Shown here: in pieces, positions 12,223 to 64,000 of the stretch | How the letters are laid out: each line of letters starts with the position of its first letter | Position numbering within the stretch: position 1 is the stretch's first letter | Origin: Amoebidium appalachense | Lineage: Eukaryota > Protista > Ichthyosporea | Assembly (NCBI GenBank): GCA_963693365.1 | Contig: CAVNZM010000013.1 | Coordinates: 7,268,713-7,332,712 of the forward strand | Length of the DNA: 64,000 nt | Reading direction: 5' to 3' | Notes under the pieces: model-generated | What the model was told of the DNA's origin: nothing | Seen by the model: the letters and a program-made list of their open reading frames with translations, nothing else | Databases searched by the model: none | Made by a program: the position numbers and the translations under genes

Positions 12223-15022
12223 GACTCCACCACACAGACACACTGCAAGTGAGTGTCGGGTACCCATCTAAGCCCCCGGAGCGTGCTATCCCTTTAGCAA
12301 GGTATGTCCAAAGTCACACTTTGCGGTTCCCTCAAATATCCCATGCCCACAACACCGACTGGGGAGTGGCCTTTTGGCCATCAACCATGTCAAAACTCTC
12401 TCTCCCTCCTAACCTCTCTAGGTCATCTGACCACTCTCCTATCCTTTTCCTACCTAAGATCTCCCTTGATCTGCTCCCCCCTCCCCCTCCCACCTTTCGC
12501 CTCCGTCTATCCCAGCTTAAGTCACAGTGGGGTAGAGTTGATGTATGTGTATGCTATGCTACGAAACACCCTATATATATGCGCCTATTAGAATCTGCAC
12601 AAGCCAGGCCAGATTCACATCTCGTACTAGATACATGCACTAACTTTATTGTTGATGATTTGATAGATCTCGGTGATTATGCTGGCGGTGGTAGGAAGGA
12701 ATATCCCGATGCTCTCTTGTTACCAAACACCACTCCCGCTAGACTAGGTGAACCCCTGTCTCAAAAGGAAAGCTTGCGCCGGCTTGCTAGTATGAATCGA
12801 TTTGGCCCCCCTGCTCGTATTATTGGTGATACCACTGGAGACCCCCTCATAGACTCTGATAAGTATTTCTCGGAACTGTTTAAAGATAGGACCCCCGCTC
12901 AGAAACCTATTGTGTGGCCTGTAGACCCATCTATCCCCATAGAATCGATCCTCCCCTTTTTCAGTCCCGATGCCATATGGTCTGTGATATCTAGTTATAG
13001 CTCTAGTAAGTCTTGTGGACCTGATGGACTCCCTGCTGGGTTTCTTAAAATCCTTGTTCCCTCCTACCCACAAAAGGAAAGTGATCGTGCTATTAAACCT
13101 GATCTTACTATCATGTTAAGCTCTCTCTTTTCTTGGTGTGTTAAATGTGGACATGTCCCGTCATCTTGGTTAGATACCTTAGTGATCCCCATAGTTAAGA
13201 AGGACTCTGAGGGCCCCATATCATCCTTTCGCCCCATTACACTAACCCAGGTTGCTCGTAGATTCTTTGAAGCTTGCTTACTTAGGTTATTTGCACATCA
13301 CCCTAGGTTTCAATCTATTCTTCACATACACCCATGCCAATCCGCTTTTCGTAAAAACAATTCATGTTATGTTCAAATAATGGCACTGCACGATTCTATG
13401 CAAGTTGGTGCACAATATGTTGGCTTTATTGATTGGAAAACTGCTTACGATTCTGTCTCCCCTGGTCTCCTATGGGAAAAGCTTGCTGCACGGGGTGTAC
13501 CACACTGCATTGGTGTTCTGTTAGAAGCACTCTTGTCTCAAACCTATGGTAGAGCTGTGGTTAATGGGCATCTTTCATATGGTTTTGCTCGTACTAGAGG
13601 TCTCTTGCAGGGTTCATTGCTTAGCCCCTTTTTGTTTAACCTATTTATAGATGATTTGGCTGTCAAGATTTACGCCGAAAACGATGACCCTATTAATAAC
13701 TTTCCGCCTGCACTTCTCTATGCTGATGATCTGTCCCTCCTTGCCCGTACCCCTAGACGCCTGCAAAGATTGTTCGATGTAGTGTCAGAGTGGTGCAAGG
13801 CAAACCTTATGATCCTTAACATAGACAAATGTGGTGTTCTTGTACCTGATATAGCTAACAATTTACACACATTTACATTATCATCTAAACCTGTACCTAT
13901 AGTTCCAGAATACAAATATCTTGGTGTTCCGGTTGATTCTGTTGGTGTTATGTTTCCCCATATGGTCGAAAAGAGGGTAGAGTTGGCTCGTAAGCGGTTA
14001 GCTTTCTTCTCGGCTAATATTTTTAAAGACACACCCCTCCATCCTTCTATTAGACTTACATTTATTCGCACTTTTGTCTTCCCGGCATGTGAATATGGTT
14101 TACCCCTTCTCGCCGCTTGGATCAAGAAAGAGAGAACTAGAGCGCTTAAACCCTTGGCAAATTTCCTTGAAGCAGAAGTTGCCTCCTTTCTATCTAACAA
14201 CTGTTGTAAACCTGGGCCTGTAACGCTCTCGATATATGGTCTGGTCCCAATAGCTGCTAGAGTATCCTATCTCGCGCTGAAATTCAATAAGCACATAAGC
14301 CGCTTAAAGAAGTATTTGCCCTCCCACCCTCTCTTCTCTATCCGACCTGTCCCCTCCTCACCTCTCCCCTCTTTCCTCCCCTCTCTCTCCCCTTCTCCCC
14401 TGGGCACAAATACAAATAAACCCCGCAATAGTGTGTGTGTGACTTTGGACTGCCACTTACTTATTAAACATGTACACAATCACAAGATAATCACGCAATA
14501 TAACAAATGGAAAAAGATACCACACGACACTAGACCCGATGAAAGCATACACCTTGAAAAACTAAGCCTTATGTCTCGTTTTATATATACTGACCGCCTC
14601 AACCATATTGCCAAATATGGCACTCGCAAGTGTATAACACCTAAATACATATTACCTTCCTGTAGAACTGGTCTTTCTCTAGCTGATGGTATTATTGATC
14701 AATTACCACGCTTTTACTGTACACGTGCTATACAGTGGAGATCTAATAAGTATAAGGTGGCATCATTTGCATGCCCAAACAACACACACACACACCAGTT
14801 TAACCGGTCATGTATCGCCAAATGTAGTTTGATAGACCACATAATACCGCAACACACACACGTCACATTCACAACAGACACCCAGAAAGATAGCCTACCT
14901 GTAAATTACAACATCCTTGATTTTATACTAAACACGCGTAACTACGACCTGTTTATTAGATGTATTGATTGGCTTGAGAAACACATCACTACAAAATTAT
15001 AGCGCACGCGCACACACACACA

Positions 15023-15077
<55 letters not shown>

Positions 15078-15109
15078 CCAGCTGATACCGAGTGTCCCGA
15101 GGGGAGCCC

Positions 15110-15147
<38 letters not shown>

Positions 15148-15958
15148 GGGGAACCCCAACTAATTGATTTCTCCTTGTAGTCTTTATGGTGTCTCGTAGA
15201 GAAAGTAAACCCTGATATATAGTCACCACCCGACATCTATGTACGTGATCATGATATACCGCTGAGGGGATATTCCGAGCAAACCCCCCCCCCCCATACC
15301 TGAGACTGGTTCTCTTTGCCTCGAGTAAACAGCGTAAACCCCTTATCGGCATGACCGCTTATTTCTATCATTTGGATGTGTGTGCTGGCTTGAAACGTCA
15401 CTATCTGCATAGGATAGCTATGTACCGTGTTGGGTGGAAGTACTCATTGCCTTGTTGCTGGCACCGCGAGCTCGACCTCCGCCTGGGCCGCGGTCGGAGC
15501 GACTAATTAGAAAGAAACAAGTCATCTACTTGTTCCGTTCTTGATGACAAACTCCGACAAGAATGTCTTCTTACTCCCTCTGGAATACAAAATCTTTTAT
15601 ATGCCAAACATAAAAAACTGCCTAGCGTTATGGGACCTATTACTTACTTCTTATAACTGACACATGCCCCATAATCCCCGCAATGCAATTTGCAAACCCT
15701 GAATTCCTGGATAAAATTATGTTTGCGTTCGGAAATATAATGTAAACAGCACAAAAAGGTACAGTACAGCAGTAACTGCAAGTCTGCATGTCTGACAGCT
15801 GTCGATCTGTGTAGGGGGCCGAGCGCTGCTACATTCGCAGGTAATCATGGCATGGCTACTTTTTTTTTGGATTCTCTTAATATTATATTGTTACCCAACT
15901 AAATATGTATACGTATATAATTTTCATCATATATGTCAACGGTATGAACGGGCCGTGT

Positions 15959-16764
<806 letters not shown>

Positions 16765-16769
16765 TCAGA

Positions 16770-16974
16770 GAATGCAAACCATCATATGATATGGAAATAC
16801 AAAAGCACTGACCATAAAAAAGAAGAAAAAAACAAACCTTGCAACGAAAAGAAAAATAAAGAATGCAGAAAATATTATACATGTACTGCACTGTGTTAAA
16901 CAGCTTGAAGACACCGTCCACGTCCACCCCTACCTCCTCCCCCCCCCTCAAGAAAAACAAAAACAAAAAAAAAA

Positions 16975-17015
<41 letters not shown>

Positions 17016-17203
17016 ATACTGAGACACACACACCCGAACACTGTAATGGTTCCCCAGAAACTTAGGACAACTAAACACTGAGATGGAAAGAGGATGAGAC
17101 TTTGAAGGCATCATGCTTCATGGGTCTCAGAGGTACCGGAGGGGGGGGGGGGGAGGGAGGGAGAACTGTTGAGAGAGAATGAGAGAAAGAGAGAAGAAAG
17201 ACG

Positions 17204-17293
<90 letters not shown>

Positions 17294-17408
17294 TGTGTGT
17301 GTCTGCGTGTGTGTGTGTGGTGTGTGTGTCTGTGTGTGTCTGTGTGTGTGTGTGTGGTGTGTGTATGTGTTTGTTTGTGTGTGTGTGTGTGTGTGCACGT
17401 GTGTGTGT

Positions 17409-17466
<58 letters not shown>

Positions 17467-17533
17467 CGTGCGGTGCGCGTCTGTACATGTGTGTGTGTGT
17501 GTGTGTGTATCTTTGTGTGTGTGCACGCGCACA

Positions 17534-17564
<31 letters not shown>

Positions 17565-17568
17565 TGTG

Positions 17569-17650
<82 letters not shown>

Positions 17651-17653
17651 TGT

Positions 17654-17695
<42 letters not shown>

Positions 17696-18641
17696 CCCAC
17701 ATAAAGAAAGTGATCACTGCTGAGCCCCTCGTTATTCAACACACAGTCAGAAAACGGTTTGGTTGTCAAGATTTGTGCTGGAAACGATGACCTCGTTATT
17801 AATTTCCCCCGCATGGGCTTCTCTATGCTCAGTGGTGATCTGTCGCTCGCTTGCGTGCACCCCGAGCACAGTCTCTAGCTAGACTGTACATAGACGCTCA
17901 CACAGATTGTACGTTCAGTAGCCTACAGAGTGATGTCGGAATGCCAAAGTTATGGAAGTTATTATTTAAACATGAAAAATTCAAATGTGCACCTGGTGGT
18001 ATGCAAATACATGCACAGTATATGATTGTAAATATGCAAATATATGCAAGTATATGACGTAAGTATATGCAAATGTATGCAACTCATAGTATACAAATAT
18101 AGATGCACGCTGGTGACCCCTCTAAGACACTTTACTCAGTCATCTGAAATCTGTACCTATCAACTATAGTCCCCAGAGTCCAGATATCTTGGTGTCCCAG
18201 TCTACTCTGTACAGTTGCTGCTCAAGTACAATGTTCCATGATGGTTGGAAAGTGCTTTTAAACGCCTGCGTTTAATTTGATTATTAAACGGCTGCCTTTC
18301 TTTTCAGCAAATATTTTCAAGGCATGTGCACGCTCCATATCCTTCTATTGTCGATTTGCATTTATTTGCGCTTTTGTCGTCCGGCCGGCACACATGATTC
18401 GGTTTACCTCTGTTCGCTGCATGGATTAACAGAGGAAACTAGTGTAAGAGCGCTTTAACCTTTAACAAGTCTCAGAGGCTCGTAGAAGTCACGGAAGCGT
18501 GCTTGTTTTATCTACTAACAATTGTTGTTTTTAAATTTCCCGGGCCTGTAACGCTCATGACTATGGCATCATCTGTACGTGCACAGGCACGAAACTCTAG
18601 CACGAACCGTTATACCAATAACAGTGACAAGCACACACGTG

Positions 18642-18678
<37 letters not shown>

Positions 18679-18807
18679 ACGCACGCACGCACACACGCAC
18701 ACACACACGCGCGCACGTGCGCGCACACGCGTTGCGCGCGCACACACGCGTTGCGCACGCACACACACACGCACGCACACGCACGCACACGCACACACAC
18801 GCACGCA

Positions 18808-18886
<79 letters not shown>

Positions 18887-18927
18887 GTGAGGATACCGAG
18901 TGTCACAGGGGAGAGGTCCCCCTCCCC

Positions 18928-18984
<57 letters not shown>

Positions 18985-19100
18985 AAAAAAGAAAAAAAAA
19001 GGAAACCCCACCGGGAATTCAACTCAAATCTCTGGAGCTTGGTTTGCACGTTGTATACGGTGCATGAATAAAAACCCCTGGCATATAATCCAGTCACCCG
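16770..19100 (+). mobile_element. Old degenerate relic of the same or a related LINE family, broken by microsatellites
   Basis: Colinear diverged matches to copy 1: 17712-17850 vs 13611-13750 (the QGSLLSP...LYADD region), 18140-18570 vs 13880-14240, and 18892-19100 vs the 3'UTR (gataccgagtgtc...(A)n...gaaacccc). Weaker matches near 16775 and 17038-17140. Confidence 0.75.
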
Positions 19101-19796
19101 AGGCCCTTTGTATGAGGGCTGCCGAGACGGGGAACTGAACAGGGTGACGTAAGCATGCGCAATTTTCCTGTCGAATCTTGCAAAATAATGGGATTGAATG
19201 TGCCAAACGCCATTTTGATTGGCTTCGTTAGGGAACTGCCATATTAGGCAGGTATTTTCCTCGTGGCTTGAAGCTGCTTTTTGTTTTAAGTTTTTTTGCT
19301 CAGCTGCTTTGCTGTGCCACAGTTTTCTGCTTCACTGCGTATACGGCTGAACTTCGCCCAGGGGAAAGAAGGGGTACCGGTACACAGAGAGATTGAAGTG
19401 AGTTTATGCTTTTTATTGCCTTCCTGTGCTGCTGAGTTATTTAGAAACAACCGGAGTTCTAGGTTTTTTTCCTCTTCAAAAAGAAGCCAGCCATGCTGAA
19501 AGCGCCGAACAGAAGAAATAGGCAGGTTTGGGGGTAGTGGGTGGGCTAGATGTAACACGCTTGTCTGCTGTAGGTGGAAAAGTAACTCTAGCTTGTAGTT
19601 GCAAATGAGAAAAAAAATTATCTTGCAAAACTATACAAAAGCTAAATTGGTAAAGTTAAAGAGAACTAGGACACCCGACTCGAAGGATGGGGGAAAGGGT
19701 GAAACACTATTGTACTTCGGACTGAACCTTTCTCGTGAGTTCTAACCGGTCTCTTCTGTCGCAGGGTTTGTGTCTGAGACAAAAGGAAAAAGAATC

Positions 19797-35964
<16,168 letters not shown>

Positions 35965-37027
35965 ACACACAACTCTAGCGCATAAAGCACATAACATGGT
36001 ATTTGTTGCCACTAATTGTGCTGACTTCTTATTCGCTGGTCTGTGATCATGTTGTGGTCGTTGTCGACCAAGCAAATTGCTTCCATTAATCGGGAAAATG
36101 TATATCTCTGTTTTGTCTTATTTCTTTTTTTGTGTCTTCAGGGTGGTGCCTTTTTGTTTTTCCGAAACAGTCAGACCAGAATTCCTTTGACCCCATGCTC
36201 CTTGTTCCTCCGTGTTTCCCTGTGTGTGTGCTATGGATTAAAGTCGTGTTACATTTTTTCCCATTTCTTGAATCGTAGATATTTTATCCACAAACCATTC
36301 GTGTTAACATTCATGTCCTTTTTGCTCCTAGGTTTTTTTTTTTTTTGTCGCAGTATGTTCATTTGTAGCTCACCGGCTGGGAGAAGTCAGGAAACCTTCT
36401 GGCTTGTCTGTTTCGAGGATATTTGACTAATTGCAAATGGCCGCATCCAAACACACTTGCAGGTGTGTGTGTGTACACAACGTACGTCCGCGCACAACAC
36501 ACAAACACACACTTAGCTCACACTCGCCATGCACACTCATACATATTCCGCTGTCCGTGTCTCCTTATAGACTAGAGTGATGAATAGAGCCGAATGAATA
36601 AGTGGCTGCCTGGGGCGGACACTTGATTTCTCCATTTTAATAAAAGTCGGTGATTGGATGACGGTATTTAGTTGTAAAACATGGATGTGGCCCCGACTTG
36701 GCTACCCACCTGCCAGGACTCCATCGGACGGCCGGTATGCAGAAAGCGGACAAGATCGAGTGCGGGCTGTAGGAGCAGGTAGGGCCAAAATATGTGCGGT
36801 ATAGACGTGATGTTTTAGCAATAGATAATTGTTGAGTATAAAAATGTGCAGTTGATACATAGCCACATTATTTTACTAAAAGACAGATGTAGTAGTTTTT
36901 TGTTCATAGCAAACAAGCTACATAATTGCTGGTTGTTTGTGGTGTTTTAATATACACTATGGATACGTAACCGAACACCAATCGACAATTGCATGTCGCA
37001 GAGTGTGTGTATGTTTTACATTGTAAG

Positions 37028-37082
<55 letters not shown>

Positions 37083-37571
37083 TATGGGTTTACTTAGGAC
37101 GGGGCATCAGGCAGGCCCTAAGCTTATGAAAATTGATATATCTCATGAGCACAATCGCCATATAATGAGCCTCGCTGCTTCGATATCGGTAGCTTCACCG
37201 GATTTCCAACGAGATATTGCAAACACAAAAACCATTAGCTACTTAATTGTCTAATGACGAGAAACAGTATTATTTATACTGGGTAGTATATAAAACTAGT
37301 AATCAGTCAGAGATCTCAGAATTAACGGCAACTGCGCCTGTTAATTAATTGTGGCTCTAATATCCCCCCCCCCCCCACACACACACACACCACCACCACA
37401 CACACACACACACACCCGAAGGGGGAAAAAATGATCGGGTGGGGGGAGAAGGGGAGGGGGCTCACCTGCCCATTGAGTTTGTAATTAAAACGTTCGGTCT
37501 TATTCGAACATGCTAACACACAGTGTACAGTACTCACCGGTGAAGGACTTTCATTCCTAATAATTTCTCAC

Positions 37572-37663
<92 letters not shown>

Positions 37664-38595
37664 GCCTCCGCCCCCACCTCATCTTCCCCTCGGCAGGGGG
37701 TGAGGTAGATATAGATCTAATAGAGGAAGAGGTAAGCAAAGTTTATTAAACTCTGTAATTAGATATCAAACATACGGTGCATACATTAATATGACTTTTA
37801 GTCAATGTACAATGACTTGGTGAGTTTATCAGACGGCGTCACCACCCCAAAACGTTTTTTTTTGGAAGAAACAAGACCATGTGTACACTGCTATCTGTTC
37901 GACAATTACTATGACGACATAGAAGCAGTAAAAAACTGATGTAAGATGCCAACTACACCGTTTAAAATTGTTAACTGCACCGTTTAAAATTGCTAAGATG
38001 ATTTTACTGCATTTTCTTAAAAATAGGACATAGGACCGAGTAGTATGTCTCCATATAATTATCCACAAACATTCAAATTCATTTTAGTTATATCACCATT
38101 ACATCTATATAAAGATGTCAACCCGCACGCTCTCACATGAGAAATGCCCAGGAGTGTACAATATTCATTATATACAGATTCCTATTTATATTTATATATA
38201 TATTTTCCATATCTCATTCAGGCGCATACATCTGTATACATATATACCACAACACGCACATTTGGGAACAACCAAAACATAACAGGCGACGTCCTGTCCA
38301 TCTATTTTTTAGACTTCAGCCCCGACGCCTACAAGTCATTCGCGCCAAATGTATCTCCCCCCCCCCCCCCCCCAAAAAAAAAAAATAAAAAAATAAAAAA
38401 AAATAAAAATAAAAAACAATAAATAAATAAAAATAAATAAAACAAAACAAAACAAAAAATAAACCACACACACGCACAGACTACCCAAATCCAATCGGCT
38501 TCAGAGGCGCAAATCATATAGCAATCTTGTTCTCTGAAATACTTTGAAATACTGTTAGACATCACTAATTTGCGACAGGCAGTGAAAAAAGTGCA

Positions 38596-58129
<19,534 letters not shown>

Positions 58130-59280
58130 GATGAAGTCTGCATAGATGGTCTTACGCCCGACTATAAGATTACGAAAGGTAGCCCTACGTATCTCCCACT
58201 ATCTTCCTACTCCCATAACATTTACTGTGACCCCTTCGCTGCCAAGAGTTTATTTAGATGTGCAGATCTCGGGAAGTTTTTCGAGCCATTCCTTTCTCTT
58301 CAACAACCTGGGTACCCCTTGACAACCTCCACACAAACTTCCAACTGTACCTTCCCCTTTCCCTCTTCCCTCTCAGGCACCAGTGACTCAGGCCGGCCGG
58401 TGCACGGTGTTCAAGTAGGTAGGTCGCTGCGCTCTATTTTTTTTAATATCTATGTATATACCATTATATTTTGTTTGCACACTCAGGATCGTTAATTATA
58501 TTGTTAAGTATTTAAATCATGCAGAAGCGCTGTGTATGAGTGCTTATGTTCATTCTTAAAGTAGTGTTAACCAACCAGTGCTGTGTATTACGTTGTGAGC
58601 AATATAAAATCATGCACTAAATATTTTTGGCGCCAAGATTCCGCGATCATCCCAGCACGGGAACCGTGGTGCCGCAACTGGCATCAAGACCCACGGTATA
58701 AAAACCTCTACTCTCTGCCGTTTCTTTACTCTGTAAAACCTTCCAAAACACACCAACCAGGAGTAGAAGTTGTTCGTTTTTTTTTTTAACTCCCAACCAC
58801 ACGTCATCGACATCTGACGTAAAGATGAAACATGTATATGGAATGGTGGTCGTTCTTCATGTCGATTGCTTCTGACAGTTTATTGATTCTTGTGTCAGGG
58901 CCGTATTGAAACATAGTAAGAGTGTTTGGGGTAGTTATATGGTGCTCCGTTTTCCGACTACGAAGGCTCAGGTAGGTAAAGCCTTTCCCCAAGTTGGTGT
59001 TGTGCCAGGCAGATGGGTATTTATAATACTGGCGTCAAACGTGTGCACGCACTACAATACATCCGAGTAATCCTTCTAAACTTTCCCTACGGTACCTATT
59101 TCATGTGGCATTTCACTCCTAAGTTCTTGTACCCTTTTACCCTCGCTTTTTCACCCTCCTATGAGATTTTCAAAAGAAAAGGAAAAAGCTATTGTGTCAC
59201 ACCTACCTGAAATCTGCACTGCCATGAATGGAATATGTACTGTATCATAAAATATTGCACGCTTCATCATTGAAGCCGCA

Positions 59281-59326
<46 letters not shown>

Positions 59327-59724
59327 TTTCTTTAACTTCGATTTTTTCGTTGTCATCCACCCCTTTTTACAAAAAAAAAAAAAAAAAACTTTTTATGTGA
59401 GAGCCAAAAGGAGATGTTTCGGGTTTCGTTTCAATTTCTTTGTTTGTTCTTCATGATGGCCCATTTCTTTTCAAAGATTTTGGTGCAGTTTGAGAGCTGT
59501 CTGCACTGATTCCGGGAATGCTCCTAGAGTCAAAAACTATTGGGGGAATGGCAGTATAACTACTTTTTGGGGGCTTAGCGTTCGTATGACATGTGTCAAG
59601 CATAGCCGGACCGGCAGTACCACATTATTTCATTGAGCGTGATGGTATTCAACGCCACATTGATTAAATCAAAATGATCTTCACCTTTTTTTTTTTTTTT
59701 TCTTCTTTCTTTCTTTTTTTTTTT

Positions 59725-59767
<43 letters not shown>

Positions 59768-60154
59768 GGGGGAGGGGGCGCAATTGATAATTTTGCTTAT
59801 CGCCCTCACCATATCAAAACTTGACACACTTAGAGGCTAACGCTTGCATGCCTTGGGCTCTGGGTTACAGACAGTGGTGGGGGAGGCCGGGAGGCAAGGA
59901 GGGCCAGATTCCGTACACAAGCAGCTCTTTGGTCTCCAAGGGTGAAACGGTGGGGAAAAAAGACAAAAGAAGGAGAAGAAGAAATCGAACGAGAAAAACA
60001 AGGTCATGAGTGTCACCTGAATCCCCGATGGCACTCGAAATTTGAAACAAAATGAGAAGCGAAAAGAGGGTAAATTAAAGAAAAATTAAAACAGTGAAAA
60101 GGATTGCCAAGAAACGAGCCAAGTTGCACCCACTTTGAGGGCCACTTCAACATC

Positions 60155-63881
<3,727 letters not shown>

Positions 63882-64000
63882 GTTGAAGAAAAAGGAACCC
63901 ACTTCATCCCCAGCCCAGACCAACCAAGACTAACGGAAAAGGGGGTGGAGGGAGGGGGGGGGGGGGGGGGGGGATGAATGGAACTAAAAGCTTGAAAGTG

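Larger units (their letters stand above)
10686..15002 (+). pseudogene. LINE ORF2 (APE-RT, 1064 aa when the insertion is removed), disrupted
   Basis: 10686-11105 plus 12228-15002 is one frame. APE motifs FWNAR, ICETQ, LGDFN, SDH; RT motifs FRPITL, DWKTAYDSV, GLLQGSLLSPFLFNLFIDDL, LYADD, YKYLGV; C-terminal Cys/His cluster. Confidence 0.92.
10686..15342 (+). mobile_element. Non-LTR retrotransposon (LINE, APE endonuclease + RT), copy 1, interrupted by an LTR element; 5' boundary uncertain
   Basis: Nearly identical to the reverse complement of 45067-48506; the shared sequence ends at ...gagtaaacagcgtaaacccc (15342). No TSD found for this copy. Confidence 0.95.

Noticed and set aside
15080-15160. 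Hammerhead ribozyme in the LINE 3' UTR
   Set aside because: ctgatac does not fit CUGANGA and the core cannot be assembled.
17820-17890. tRNA A-box-like tgctcagtggt
   Set aside because: No B-box or cloverleaf; the segment aligns with the decayed LYADD region of the LINE relic.

Overview
Eukaryotic genomic DNA whose introns are saturated with (CA)n/(GT)n, (GA)n and poly-C/poly-G tracts, so most of the ORF track is repeat noise. The taxon cannot be read directly; the gene content suggests an opisthokont, possibly a unicellular holozoan (inference). By manual splicing with GT-AG introns and consistent reading phases I find four host genes: (1) a 3-exon alkaline-phosphatase/NPP-family gene (285-4427 +); (2) a 21-exon methionyl-tRNA synthetase with a C-terminal WHEP domain (19797-35964 +); (3) a ~24-exon minus-strand gene (58129-38596) that appears to join a P-loop GTPase, a hydrophobic hairpin, MORN-like repeats and a DysF domain; (4) the 5' part of a GHKL (MORC/SMCHD1-like) ATPase gene (from ~60155 +). 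Mobile DNA comprises two almost identical copies of an APE-RT LINE, an old decayed relative of it, and MITE-like foldbacks. One LINE copy is interrupted by a 1.1-kb non-autonomous copia-type LTR element with a half-tRNA-Met primer site; the other is 5'-truncated, has an 8-bp TSD and lies in an intron of gene 3. The most unusual region is an intronless, repeat-free island (8781-10693) fused to the 5' end of the longer LINE. It holds a 163-aa ORF overlapping the RT ORF start and, head-to-head 101 bp away, a ~439-aa secreted Cys-rich toxin/effector-like ORF.
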